Positions 1-9,034 of a stretch of DNA of 64,000 nt are shown piece by piece (the first letter of the stretch is position 1; each line of letters starts with the position of its first letter). A model generated the notes under the pieces. That model was not told the origin of the DNA and made no database searches. It saw only the letters and a program-made list of their open reading frames with translations. This DNA comes from an uncultured Clostridia bacterium (lineage in GTDB: Bacteria > Bacillota > Clostridia > Monoglobales > Monoglobaceae), in contig CANQBQ010000002.1 in NCBI GenBank assembly GCA_947589045.1, positions 76,915 through 140,914 of the forward strand. The letters run 5' to 3'. Made by a program: the position numbers and the translations under genes.

Positions 1-203
<203 letters not shown>

Positions 204-481
204 TTACCGTATAAGTTTTTTATTAAAACTACACAATAATATTATAACAATATCTTTTGAAATAGTAAATAACTTTTTCAAAATTTTTTTAATAAATTGT
301 ACTTTTTTTGATTTAAAAGCACAGTTTTTGCCCTTTTTCCCTTAATTTCGGGGGATTTTTCGGCGGACAACCGTATATTAAATCATATGCGGAGCCCCGC
401 GTTTTTATTTTTAAATATTGCAAACCGCGCTTTTTTGTCATAAAGAAAACAAGCACATAATATATTTTTATAAAAACAGCT

Positions 482-534
482 TTAGTCATACGGTATTTTA
501 ACACATACTCCGTGTTCAAGTACCGTATGACTAA
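482..534. repeat. 14-bp perfect inverted repeat in the spoIVA upstream/5' leader region
   Basis: Arms TTAGTCATACGGTA (482-495) and TACCGTATGACTAA (521-534). An inner 5-bp hairpin AACAC/GTGTT sits at 500-504/512-516. The repeat ends 22 nt before the spoIVA ATG. Confidence 0.9.
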
Positions 535-556
535 TACAAAAAACAGGAGGTATATT

Positions 557-2035
557 ATGGAGAGCTATAATATCTATAAGGATATAGCGCAGCGCACGCA
601 GGGAGATATCTATATCGGCGTTGTGGGACCGGTGAGGACCGGAAAATCTACATTTATAAAGCGCTTTATGGACCTTGTCGTAATTCCCAACATCGAGAAC
701 GAGTACAAAAGGGAGAGAGCGCTCGACGAGCTTCCTCAGAGCGCGGGAGGCAGAATGATAATGACCACCGAGCCGAAATTCGTTCCGAACGAAGCCGTGG
801 AAATCTCGGTGGGCGACAATATCTCGCTGAAAACCCGCCTTATAGACTGCGTGGGCTACATAGTGGACAGCGCGCTCGGTCACATTGAAAACGAAATGCC
901 GAGAATGGTCAGAACTCCGTGGTCGGATTCTCCTATGCCGTTTGCCGACGCCGCCGAAATGGGCACAAAAAAAGTAATAAACGAACATTCCACGGTGGGA
1001 ATAGTGGTTACCACCGACGGAAGTATAACCGATATTGACCGAGAGGACTATGTGAACGCGGAGGAGCGTGTAATACGCGAGCTTCAAAACATAAATAAGC
1101 CTTTTATAGTAATTTTGAACACCACGACCCCAAACTCGGAGCGAACCGAGGAGCTTAAAGAACAGCTCTCCGAAAAGTACGGCGTGGGAGTTCTGCCGAT
1201 AAACTGTATGGAGCTCAGCCAAAACGACGTAAGCACAATTATGCGTAAGCTGCTGGTAGAGTTTTCGCTGACCGAAATCGGCGTTACGTTCCCGAACTGG
1301 ATAAACGCGCTTGACGACGACAACCTCTTAAAGTGCAATATACGCGAGGCTGTGGTTCAGGCTGTGGACAAGGCAAGCAAAATTTCGGATGCGGACGCAT
1401 TTGCGGAAGCGATACAGAGCTGTGAATACGTAGAGCGCGCGTCCGTTGCCAACGTGGATTTGGGTACGGGCAGCATACTCGTTGAAATCTCCACTCCGCA
1501 AGAGTTGTTTTACAGCACCGTATGCGAAAATACCGGCTTTGATATAAAGAACGATGAGGATTTGATAAGGCTTCTTGAAGAGATGGCTGTCGTAAAGAGG
1601 GAGTATGACAAAATCGCACCCGCGCTCGCGGAGGTTGAAAACAAGGGCTACGGAATAGTGTCGCCCTCCATTGACGAGCTTACCCTCGAAGAACCCGAAA
1701 TAATCAAGCAGGGCGGCAGATACGGAGTGCGCCTCAAAGCCTCCGCGCCGTCAATACATATGATTCGTGCCGACATCGAAACCGAGGTAAACCCGATAGT
1801 CGGCACCGAAAAGCAGTCCGAGGAGCTGGTTCACTATCTGCTCAAGGAGTTTGAGACAGACCCGAAAAAGCTGTGGGAGTCCAACATATTCGGTACGTCG
1901 CTCCACGAGCTGGTAACAGCAGGTTTACATAATAAACTATACCGTATGCCCGAGGACGCGAGGTTCAAGCTTCAGGAAACCCTGCAAAAGATTATAAACG
2001 AGGGAAGCGGAGGACTTATCTGCATAATACTTTAA
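557..2035 (+). CDS. spoIVA: stage IV sporulation protein A (spore coat morphogenetic ATPase)
   Basis: 492 aa, starting MESYNIYKDIAQRTQGDIYIGVVGPVRTGKSTFIKRFM (Walker A) and ending GGLICIIL, as in SpoIVA. AGGAGG is 6 nt upstream of ATG 557. The track start at 512 is an upstream in-frame extension. Confidence 0.95.
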   Translation: MESYNIYKDIAQRTQGDIYIGVVGPVRTGKSTFIKRFMDLVVIPNIENEYKRERALDELPQSAGGRMIMTTEPKFVPNEAVEISVGDNISLKTRLIDCVGYIVDSALGHIENEMPRMVRTPWSDSPMPFADAAEMGTKKVINEHSTVGIVVTTDGSITDIDREDYVNAEERVIRELQNINKPFIVILNTTTPNSERTEELKEQLSEKYGVGVLPINCMELSQNDVSTIMRKLLVEFSLTEIGVTFPNWINALDDDNLLKCNIREAVVQAVDKASKISDADAFAEAIQSCEYVERASVANVDLGTGSILVEISTPQELFYSTVCENTGFDIKNDEDLIRLLEEMAVVKREYDKIAPALAEVENKGYGIVSPSIDELTLEEPEIIKQGGRYGVRLKASAPSIHMIRADIETEVNPIVGTEKQSEELVHYLLKEFETDPKKLWESNIFGTSLHELVTAGLHNKLYRMPEDARFKLQETLQKIINEGSGGLICIIL

Positions 2036-2072
2036 ACGCGGCTCATTTCTTTAATTTTTAATAATTTTTTAA

Positions 2073-2120
2073 TCTCCCGCCATATGTGAACGAGCGATGA
2101 AAGTGGCGGGGGATTTTTTA
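2073..2120 (+). terminator. probable intrinsic terminator after spoIVA
   Basis: Stem TCTCCCGCCA (2073-2082) / TGGCGGGGGA (2104-2113) with one G-U pair, followed by T6. The 21-nt loop is large, so confidence is moderate. Confidence 0.5.
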
Positions 2121-2222
2121 TTTCTTGTAATTTGTCCCGCCGTGTGATATTATATTTAAAAGAAATAAAAGCGGGATTTTGCCCGTAGCTTTAAATCGTA
2201 ACTGCAGAGGAAGTGGGTTGCT

Positions 2223-2960
2223 TTGAAAGAGAAAATATACACAATACCCGTAAACGAGGCGTTTGACGCGGGCGGAGAGTGTCCGTTTTGCACTATGCGG
2301 GAAAAGATAGAAAACGACGCGATAAACTACGTCCTCGGTCCTTCGTATATGGAGGAGGATATTCGCGCCGAAACCGACGAAAAAGGCTTTTGCAAAAGGC
2401 ATATAAAAAATATGTATGAGCGGCAGAACAGTCTCGGTATCGCGCTTATGCTCAGCACGCATTTTGAAAAGATATGCGGCGAGCTTCAAGAAAAGCTGAA
2501 GGACGCGCCCGTCTCGGGAAAAAAGTCGCTTTTCTCGCGCCAGAAGGAAGAAGAACGCTCGGCGGCGTCCGAGTTTATTCACCAAACCGCAGACTCCTGT
2601 TATGTGTGCGAGCGCATTGAGAAAAATATGGCACGGTATATCGACACGTTTTTTTACCTTTGGAAAACCGAGCCCGAATTTAAAGAAAAGGTGCTGGGCG
2701 GCAAAGGATTTTGCATAGAGCATTTCGCTATGCTTTTGGACGAGGGTCAAAAGCGCATTTCGGATAAGGAGTACTCGGAGTTTTACAACTCTCTTTCAAA
2801 GCTCGAACTTGAAAATTTGGAGCGCGTGCGCGGAGATTTGCTGTGGTTCATAGATAAATTTGATTACAGATTTCACGACGAGCCGTGGAAAAATTCAAAG
2901 GACGCGCTTCCGAGAAGCATAAAGAAGCTGATGGGAGAGAACGTCGAGGAGGAGAAATAG
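2223..2960 (+). CDS. conserved hypothetical protein with an internally duplicated CxxC...GFCxxH module (putative double zinc site)
   Basis: 245-aa ORF with a TTG start and GAGGAAG upstream. Two similar modules are present: ECPFCTMREK...KGFCKRH and SCYVCERIEK...KGFCIEH. No catalytic motif recognised. Confidence 0.7.
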   Translation: MKEKIYTIPVNEAFDAGGECPFCTMREKIENDAINYVLGPSYMEEDIRAETDEKGFCKRHIKNMYERQNSLGIALMLSTHFEKICGELQEKLKDAPVSGKKSLFSRQKEEERSAASEFIHQTADSCYVCERIEKNMARYIDTFFYLWKTEPEFKEKVLGGKGFCIEHFAMLLDEGQKRISDKEYSEFYNSLSKLELENLERVRGDLLWFIDKFDYRFHDEPWKNSKDALPRSIKKLMGENVEEEK

Positions 2961-2962
2961 AG

Positions 2963-3349
2963 GTGGATTTCAAGGCGCTTGTATGCGCGGCAATAAAGGC
3001 GCGCGAAAATTCATACAGCCCGTATTCGGGATTTAAGGTCGGCGCGGCGGTCTTGTGCGGCAACAGAATTTTCACGGGCTGCAACGTCGAAAACGCGGCA
3101 TACGGCGAAACGGTATGCGCCGAGAGGGTTGCGATATTGAAAGCCGTTTCGGAGGGCGAGCGCGTTATTTCGGCGGTTGCAATCGCGGGCGGCGGTGAAA
3201 ACCTTGAAAAGACGTTCCCGTGCGGTTCGTGCCGTCAGGTAATGGCGGAATTTGCAAAGCCCGACACGCCCGTAATAACGGCAATCGCGGAGGACGATTT
3301 TGAGGTGTACAACTTGGGCGGGCTTTTGCCGAATATATTTAAGCTGTAA
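2963..3349 (+). CDS. cdd: cytidine deaminase
   Basis: Zinc-ligand motifs CAERVAI and PCGSCRQVMAEF are present. GTG start at 2963 follows GGAGGAG, 2 nt after the upstream stop. The track start at 2885 would overlap the previous gene by 76 nt. Confidence 0.9.
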   Translation: MDFKALVCAAIKARENSYSPYSGFKVGAAVLCGNRIFTGCNVENAAYGETVCAERVAILKAVSEGERVISAVAIAGGGENLEKTFPCGSCRQVMAEFAKPDTPVITAIAEDDFEVYNLGGLLPNIFKL

Positions 3350-3358
3350 GGTGATAGT

Positions 3359-4648
3359 ATGACTATGCTTGATATTATCGAAAAGAAAAAGCGCGGTATG
3401 CCGCTTTCGGACAGTGAGATAGAATTTGCGGTCTGCGGCTACACAGACGGCGTTATTCCCGACTATCAGATGTCGGCTTTTCTTATGGCGGTTTATTTTA
3501 ACGGTATGGACGACCGCGAACTGTTTTCGTTTACACGGAGTATGATAAATTCGGGAGACGTGTTAAATCTTTCGGACATAAGCGGAGTAAAGGCGGACAA
3601 ACACTCTACGGGCGGCGTGGGCGACAAAACTACGCTTATAGTGGTGCCTATGGTTGCGTCGTGCGGCTTGAAGGTCGCGAAAATGTCGGGGCGGGGTCTC
3701 GGAAACACGGGCGGAACGGTCGATAAGCTGGAGTCGGTGCGAGGGTTTAACACTCAACCGAGCGAGGCGGAATTTACGGAGCAGCTAAAGAAAGTGGGCG
3801 CAGTTGTTGCGGGGCAGACGGGCAAACTCGCCCCTGCCGACAAAAAAATTTACGCGCTCAGAGATGCGACGAACACGGTGGACAGTATTCCGCTTATAGC
3901 GTCGAGCGTTATGAGCAAGAAAATCGCGTCGGGCGCGGATGTTATAGTGCTTGACGTGAAGGTAGGGCGCGGCGCGTTTATGCACAACGCAAATGATGCG
4001 GAACTTCTCGCCGACACAATGATTTCGATAGGCGAAAGATATGGCAAGAAGGTTTCGGCGGTAATATCGGATATGAACGAGCCGCTCGGCTTTGCGATAG
4101 GAAATTCGATTGAGGTGAGCGAGGTTGTCAGCGCTCTTTCGGGAGATATGCCTGACGATTTGAAAGAGCTTTGTATCGGTCTTGCCGCGCAAATGTTGTC
4201 GCTCGGCGGGTTCGGCACGGTTTCGGAGTGCGAAAGACTGGCTGAGGACAGCATAAGCTCGGGACGCGCGCTTGAAAAATTCAAGGAGATAATTTCCGCT
4301 CAGGGCGGAGACGTTGACTATATGCTGAATATGCCCGAGGCGGAATTTCGGTACGAGATAAAGAGCGAAACCGGCGGGTATGTCGGCGATATATTCGCGG
4401 ATTTATGCGGCGCGGCGGCTATGAAGCTCGGAGCGGGCAGAGTCCGCAAGGAGGATAAAATAGACCCGCTCGCGGGAGTGGTGCTTGGTAAAAAGCACGG
4501 CGACCGCGTAAGTGCGGGAGATACGCTTGCGACGCTTTATACGTCGGAGCGGGAACGTCTGAACGAGGCGGCGGAGCTTATGAAGAAAGCCTTTGTAATT
4601 GACGCCGCACCGCCTCAAAAGAGAAATTTGATAATTAAGATAAAATAA
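3359..4648 (+). CDS. pdp: pyrimidine-nucleoside (thymidine) phosphorylase
   Basis: 429 aa with the DKHSTGGVGDKTT and KMSGRGLGNTGGTVDKLES motifs typical of Pdp/DeoA. Adjacent to cdd. Confidence 0.92.
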   Translation: MTMLDIIEKKKRGMPLSDSEIEFAVCGYTDGVIPDYQMSAFLMAVYFNGMDDRELFSFTRSMINSGDVLNLSDISGVKADKHSTGGVGDKTTLIVVPMVASCGLKVAKMSGRGLGNTGGTVDKLESVRGFNTQPSEAEFTEQLKKVGAVVAGQTGKLAPADKKIYALRDATNTVDSIPLIASSVMSKKIASGADVIVLDVKVGRGAFMHNANDAELLADTMISIGERYGKKVSAVISDMNEPLGFAIGNSIEVSEVVSALSGDMPDDLKELCIGLAAQMLSLGGFGTVSECERLAEDSISSGRALEKFKEIISAQGGDVDYMLNMPEAEFRYEIKSETGGYVGDIFADLCGAAAMKLGAGRVRKEDKIDPLAGVVLGKKHGDRVSAGDTLATLYTSERERLNEAAELMKKAFVIDAAPPQKRNLIIKIK

Positions 4649-4657
4649 AGGTAAACT

Positions 4658-4688
4658 AAAATGCCGAAAGCTATGCTTTCGGCGTTTT
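4658..4688. terminator. bidirectional intrinsic terminator between pdp and typA (convergent genes)
   Basis: Stem GCCGAAAGC (4663-4671) / GCTTTCGGC (4675-4683), flanked by an A-run on the left and a T-run on the right. Confidence 0.8.
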
Positions 4689-4696
4689 AGTTTAAA

Positions 4697-6520
4697 TTAT
4701 TTCCTGTTTCTCGCCTCGGATTTTGCGCGAAGCTCGGTGTCGAGAATTTTCTTCCTGAGACGCAGATTTTTCGGAGTGACCTCGAGAAGCTCGTCGTCCG
4801 CGATAAAGTCCAGACATTCCTCAAGGCTGAGGTTTTTGTGCGGTACGAGTCTGAGCGCTTCGTCTGAACCCGACGCGCGCATATTTGTAACGTGTTTCTT
4901 TTTGCACACGTTTACGACAACGTCCTCGTTCCTTGAATTTTCTCCGACAATCATACCCATATATACGTCAACGCCCGCGCCGATAAACATTGTGCCGCGG
5001 TCTTGCGCGTTAAACAGACCGTATGTTACCGATTCGCCCGTTTCAAACGCGACGAGCGAGCCGCGCAGACGGCTCTGTATTTCACCCTTGAACGGCTCGT
5101 AGCGGTCGAAAATGTGGTTCATTATCGCGGTACCCTTGGTGTCGGTCAAAAGCTGGTTTCTGTAACCGATAAGACCGCGGGCGGGGATTATAAACTCCAT
5201 TTTTGTGTAGCCCTGCGCCGAGGGAGCCATATTCCTCATTTCACCCTTGCGCACGCCTATGCCCTCCATAACAACGCCTGTAAACTCGTCGGGGACTTCG
5301 ATGGTCAGATATTCCATAGGTTCGCATTTCACGCCGTCTATTTCCTTATATATAACCACCGGCTTGGAAACCTGAAATTCGTATCCTTCGCGGCGCATAT
5401 TCTCTATAAGCACCGATAAATGCAGTTCTCCGCGCCCCGAAACGACAAACGACTCGGTGGAGTCGGTCTCCTCAACGCGCAGGCTGATGTTGGATTCGAG
5501 CTCCTTAAAAAGTCGGTCGCGTATATGCCTTGAAGTGACGAACTTACCGTCTCTGCCCGCAAAGGGACTGTCGTTGACGCTGAATGTCATCGAGAGCACC
5601 GGCTCGTCTATTTCGACAAACGGCAGAGCCTCCGCACAACTCGTATCGCATATAGTTTCGCCGATATTTATGTCCGAAATGCCCGATATTGCGGCAATTT
5701 CTCCGACCGAGACATCGGTCGCTTCATTCTTTTTAAGCCCGTCATAGACGTATATCTTGGTTATTTTGCCGTTTGAAACGGTGCCGTCCTTTCGGCAAAC
5801 CGAAACCTGCTGATTTAATTTGCAGGAGCCGCGCTCGATTTTTCCGACCGCTATTCTGCCCGTGTATTCGTCAAAGTCGATATTCGAGACGAGCATCTGG
5901 AATGGCTTGTCCTCATCGCCCGAGGGCGGGTCAACGTGGTCTTTTATCAGCTTAAAGAGCGGAGACATATCGCCCGACTTGGTTTCGGGGTCCATAGAAG
6001 CCCAGCCGTCCTTGCCCGATGTGTAAATCACGGGAGAGTCAAGCTGTTCGTCGGTGGAGTCGAGGTCGAGAAACAGCTCCAGCACCTCGTCGACCACCTC
6101 ATAGGGTCTTGCGTTCGGACGGTCTACTTTATTTACGACTATTATCGGCTTCAAACCGAGCGCGAGAGCCTTTTGAAGGACAAAGCGCGTCTGCGGCATA
6201 CAGCCCTCGAACGCATCCACGAGCAAAAGAACGCCCTCCACCATTTCAAGGCTTCGCTCGACCTCTCCGCCGAAGTCGGCGTGCCCCGGAGTGTCTACTA
6301 TATTTATTTTAATACCGTCGTAAAACAGCGAGGTGTTTTTGGCGAGTATTGTAATTCCGCGCTCCTTTTCGAGGTCGTTGGAGTCCATAACGCGCTCCGA
6401 GACCTGCTCGTTGTCGCGGAATGTGCCGCTTTGCTTGAGCATAGCGTCGACCAGAGTGGTCTTGCCGTGGTCAACGTGCGCTATTATAGCTATGTTTCGT
6501 ATGTTTTCTTTTGAATACAT
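4697..6520 (-). CDS. typA: translational GTPase TypA/BipA
   Basis: 607 aa, starting [34 protein letters not shown], followed by [13 protein letters not shown] and NKVDR GTPase motifs. Confidence 0.95.
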   Translation of the reverse strand: MYSKENIRNIAIIAHVDHGKTTLVDAMLKQSGTFRDNEQVSERVMDSNDLEKERGITILAKNTSLFYDGIKINIVDTPGHADFGGEVERSLEMVEGVLLLVDAFEGCMPQTRFVLQKALALGLKPIIVVNKVDRPNARPYEVVDEVLELFLDLDSTDEQLDSPVIYTSGKDGWASMDPETKSGDMSPLFKLIKDHVDPPSGDEDKPFQMLVSNIDFDEYTGRIAVGKIERGSCKLNQQVSVCRKDGTVSNGKITKIYVYDGLKKNEATDVSVGEIAAISGISDINIGETICDTSCAEALPFVEIDEPVLSMTFSVNDSPFAGRDGKFVTSRHIRDRLFKELESNISLRVEETDSTESFVVSGRGELHLSVLIENMRREGYEFQVSKPVVIYKEIDGVKCEPMEYLTIEVPDEFTGVVMEGIGVRKGEMRNMAPSAQGYTKMEFIIPARGLIGYRNQLLTDTKGTAIMNHIFDRYEPFKGEIQSRLRGSLVAFETGESVTYGLFNAQDRGTMFIGAGVDVYMGMIVGENSRNEDVVVNVCKKKHVTNMRASGSDEALRLVPHKNLSLEECLDFIADDELLEVTPKNLRLRKKILDTELRAKSEARNRK

Positions 6521-6563
6521 AAAAATCCTCCGAACTGTCAGTTTGTTTTCAAATTTATCTTCG

Positions 6564-6598
6564 ATTTATATCCGAATTTATATAATTCGGATATAAAT
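6564..6598. repeat. 15-bp perfect AT-rich inverted repeat in the typA upstream region
   Basis: Arms ATTTATATCCGAATT (6564-6578) / AATTCGGATATAAAT (6584-6598) with loop TATAT. It begins 44 nt upstream of the typA start codon on the minus strand. Confidence 0.85.
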
Positions 6599-6779
6599 TC
6601 TGCCGTGATTTTATAAAGCGTCCGACTTTGACGCTAACATATATATTACATTATCCGCAAATAAAAATCAAGTCGTTAAAGAATAAAATTCAAACAATAA
6701 AATCATATTTGCAGGGCGGTTTATTGGGCTTTTGTTATGAAAAATATGTGAAAAATGAGTATCGGCACAAAATTTATAC

Positions 6780-6808
6780 TTGATAAAAAATGTCAAAAAT
6801 AGTATTAT
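6780..6808 (+). promoter_or_regulatory. sigma-A-like promoter for the glycosidase-like gene
   Basis: TTGATA (6780-6785), 17-nt spacer, TATTAT (6803-6808). Confidence 0.5.
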
Positions 6809-6871
6809 GTAATAAAACATTGTAATTTATTTTCGGACGGTACGAATAAAATATATTTGGGAGTGTGAGAT

Positions 6872-8917
6872 ATGGGTATAAACAGAAAAAAGGTCGTTGA
6901 AAGAAATAACCCGGTTTTAAACGACGTTGACCCGTTTTCGCCGTTTACGGTGGGCAACGGAGAGTTTGCCTTTTCGGTTGACATAACAGGACTCCAGACC
7001 TTTAACGGAGATTATGCGGACGGCATACCGCTTTGCACTATGTCGAATTGGGGCTGGCATTCGTATAAAACGCCGGAAAATATGGATTTAAACTCCATTA
7101 AGCCGAAGATGTACGACACCTTCGGACGCGAGGTGGGATATTTTTCATCCTCCGAGGGTCAGGAGGACGTTTACGACTTTCTGCGGCAGAACCCGCACAG
7201 GTTTAATCTCGGAAGGATAGGCTTTGTGTTTCAGAAGCGCGACGGCTCTTATGCCGAAATAAACGAGATAATAAGAATAAACCAAAAGCTGGATTTGTAC
7301 AGCGGAGTGATATACAGCCGCTTTAAATTCGAGGGCAAGCCCGTTGAGGTGAGAACCTGCTGCCATCCCGTATATGACGTTATAGCGGTCGAGGTTAAGT
7401 CGCCCCAGATTTCAAAGGGCAAGATAGGAATTGAAATTGAGTTTCCGTATGCTTCGCACAAAACCGACGCTTCGGACTGGATATCAAACGATAAGCACCA
7501 CACCGAGGTGCTGGACATCGAATCAAACTATGTGAAGTTCGGCAGAACGCTTGACAAGACCAAATATTACGCTGACCTGAGAAGCGAGCAAGACTTCAGA
7601 TTTAACAGGACGGATAAGCATTGTTTTGAGCTTTTTGCACGGGGCGGCGACAATCTCAACTTTACCGTCAGATTTGCGCCGGAGCCGTTCAGAGATGTAA
7701 TTCCCGACTCGGCTACGGTATTTTCGGACTGTGAGCGCGGCTGGAGAGACTTTTGGGAGAGCGGCGGCGTGATAGATTTTTCGAGGGTGAAAGACCCGAG
7801 AGCGGCGGAGCTTGAAAAGCGCGTCGTACTTTCGCAGTACATAACAAAGGTGCAGTGCAGCGGCAGTCTCCCGCCTCAGGAGACGGGGCTGACCTGCAAC
7901 AGCTGGTTCGGAAAGGCTCATCTTGAAATGCACTGGTGGCACGCGGCGCACTTTGCGCTCTGGGGACGCGAGGAGCTTTTGGAGCGTAGCCTGGAGTGGT
8001 ATTTGCAGTATATTCACACCGCCGAGGAGCACGCGGCGCGTCAGGGATACAAGGGCGCAAGATGGAATAAGATGGTTGACAATATGGGAAACGACAGCCC
8101 GTCCAAAATCGCTCCGTTCCTTATATGGCAGCAGCCGCACCCGATTTTTTTGGCGGAGCTTGTCTACCGAAACAGACCCGAGGCGCAGGTGCTTCGCAAG
8201 TATTCCGATATGATAGATAAAACCGCCGAATTTATGGCTGACTTCGTGCATTACGACGAGGAAAATGACAGATACGTGCTCGGAGCGCCGCTTATTCCCG
8301 CACAGGAAAAGCACAGCCCTGAGAACACGCTGAACCCCACATATGAACTTGAATACTGGGTGTATGCGCTGAGTATAGCTCAAAGGTGGCGTAAGCGTCA
8401 GGGGCTTGAGCCGGAGGTCAAGTGGGAAGAAATAATCCGTAAAACGGCAAATCTCCCCGAAGCGGACGGCGTTTATTTGGCGCACGAAAATTGCCCCGAA
8501 ACCTTCTCGGAGTTTAACGTAGATCACCCGTCAATGCTCTGTGCCTGCGGCGTTCTGCCCGGCAGACGCGCGAATATCAGCACAATGCGGAACACGCTCA
8601 ACGCCGTGATTACAAAATGGCAAATGGAAACGACGTGGGGCTGGGATTATCCCGTTATGGCTATGACCGCGGCGCGCACGGGTATGCCGGAGCTGGCTGT
8701 TGACTGTCTGCTCCTGAATACCGAAAAAAACAGATATTTGAACAACGGACATTGTTATCAGCGCCCCGATTTGCCGGTGTATATCCCCGCAAACGGCGGC
8801 CTGCTTACCGCCGTGGCTATGATGGCGGCGGGCTGGGATAAGGGCTTTGACAGCAAAACTCCCGGCTTCCCGAAGGATTGGGATGTGAGATATGAGGGTA
8901 TAAAGCCCTATGTATAA
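6872..8917 (+). CDS. uncharacterised glycoside-hydrolase-like protein (probable alpha/alpha-barrel enzyme; family not recognised)
   Basis: 681-aa ORF with GGGAG RBS and no signal peptide. The N-terminal beta-rich part is followed by a Trp/His-rich segment (KAHLEMHWWHAAHFALWGR, FLIWQQPHPIF) resembling six-hairpin glycosidases. The function call is weak. Confidence 0.6.
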   Translation: MGINRKKVVERNNPVLNDVDPFSPFTVGNGEFAFSVDITGLQTFNGDYADGIPLCTMSNWGWHSYKTPENMDLNSIKPKMYDTFGREVGYFSSSEGQEDVYDFLRQNPHRFNLGRIGFVFQKRDGSYAEINEIIRINQKLDLYSGVIYSRFKFEGKPVEVRTCCHPVYDVIAVEVKSPQISKGKIGIEIEFPYASHKTDASDWISNDKHHTEVLDIESNYVKFGRTLDKTKYYADLRSEQDFRFNRTDKHCFELFARGGDNLNFTVRFAPEPFRDVIPDSATVFSDCERGWRDFWESGGVIDFSRVKDPRAAELEKRVVLSQYITKVQCSGSLPPQETGLTCNSWFGKAHLEMHWWHAAHFALWGREELLERSLEWYLQYIHTAEEHAARQGYKGARWNKMVDNMGNDSPSKIAPFLIWQQPHPIFLAELVYRNRPEAQVLRKYSDMIDKTAEFMADFVHYDEENDRYVLGAPLIPAQEKHSPENTLNPTYELEYWVYALSIAQRWRKRQGLEPEVKWEEIIRKTANLPEADGVYLAHENCPETFSEFNVDHPSMLCACGVLPGRRANISTMRNTLNAVITKWQMETTWGWDYPVMAMTAARTGMPELAVDCLLLNTEKNRYLNNGHCYQRPDLPVYIPANGGLLTAVAMMAAGWDKGFDSKTPGFPKDWDVRYEGIKPYV

Positions 8918-8938
8918 AAACCGATAATTTCGATATGT

Positions 8939-8974
8939 TATACCCTTGACAATTTTTTGTCAAGGGTATATAAT
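8939..8974 (+). promoter_or_regulatory. consensus promoter embedded in a 14-bp perfect palindrome (candidate copper-repressor operator) upstream of copA
   Basis: TTGACA (8946-8951), 17 nt, TATAAT (8969-8974). Palindrome arms are TATACCCTTGACAA (8939-8952) / TTGTCAAGGGTATA (8957-8970). Confidence 0.7.
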
Positions 8975-9034
8975 ATTTTTAATGTAATATACTAACAATT
9001 CAAGAGAATTTTTTTAGAAGTGTGGTGAGCGGAA

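Noticed and set aside
385-412. Small terminator-like hairpin (GCGG-AGCC-CCGC + T-run), possibly marking an sRNA in the 165-556 spacer
   Set aside because: It has only a 4-bp stem, with no convincing upstream promoter and no conserved structure that I can recognise.
2885-2962. N-terminal extension of cdd overlapping the preceding gene
   Set aside because: The extension (MEKFKGRASEKHKEADGRERRGGEIE) is read out of frame from the 3' end of the upstream ORF. A GTG at 2963 with a GGAGGAG RBS gives a normal-length cytidine deaminase.
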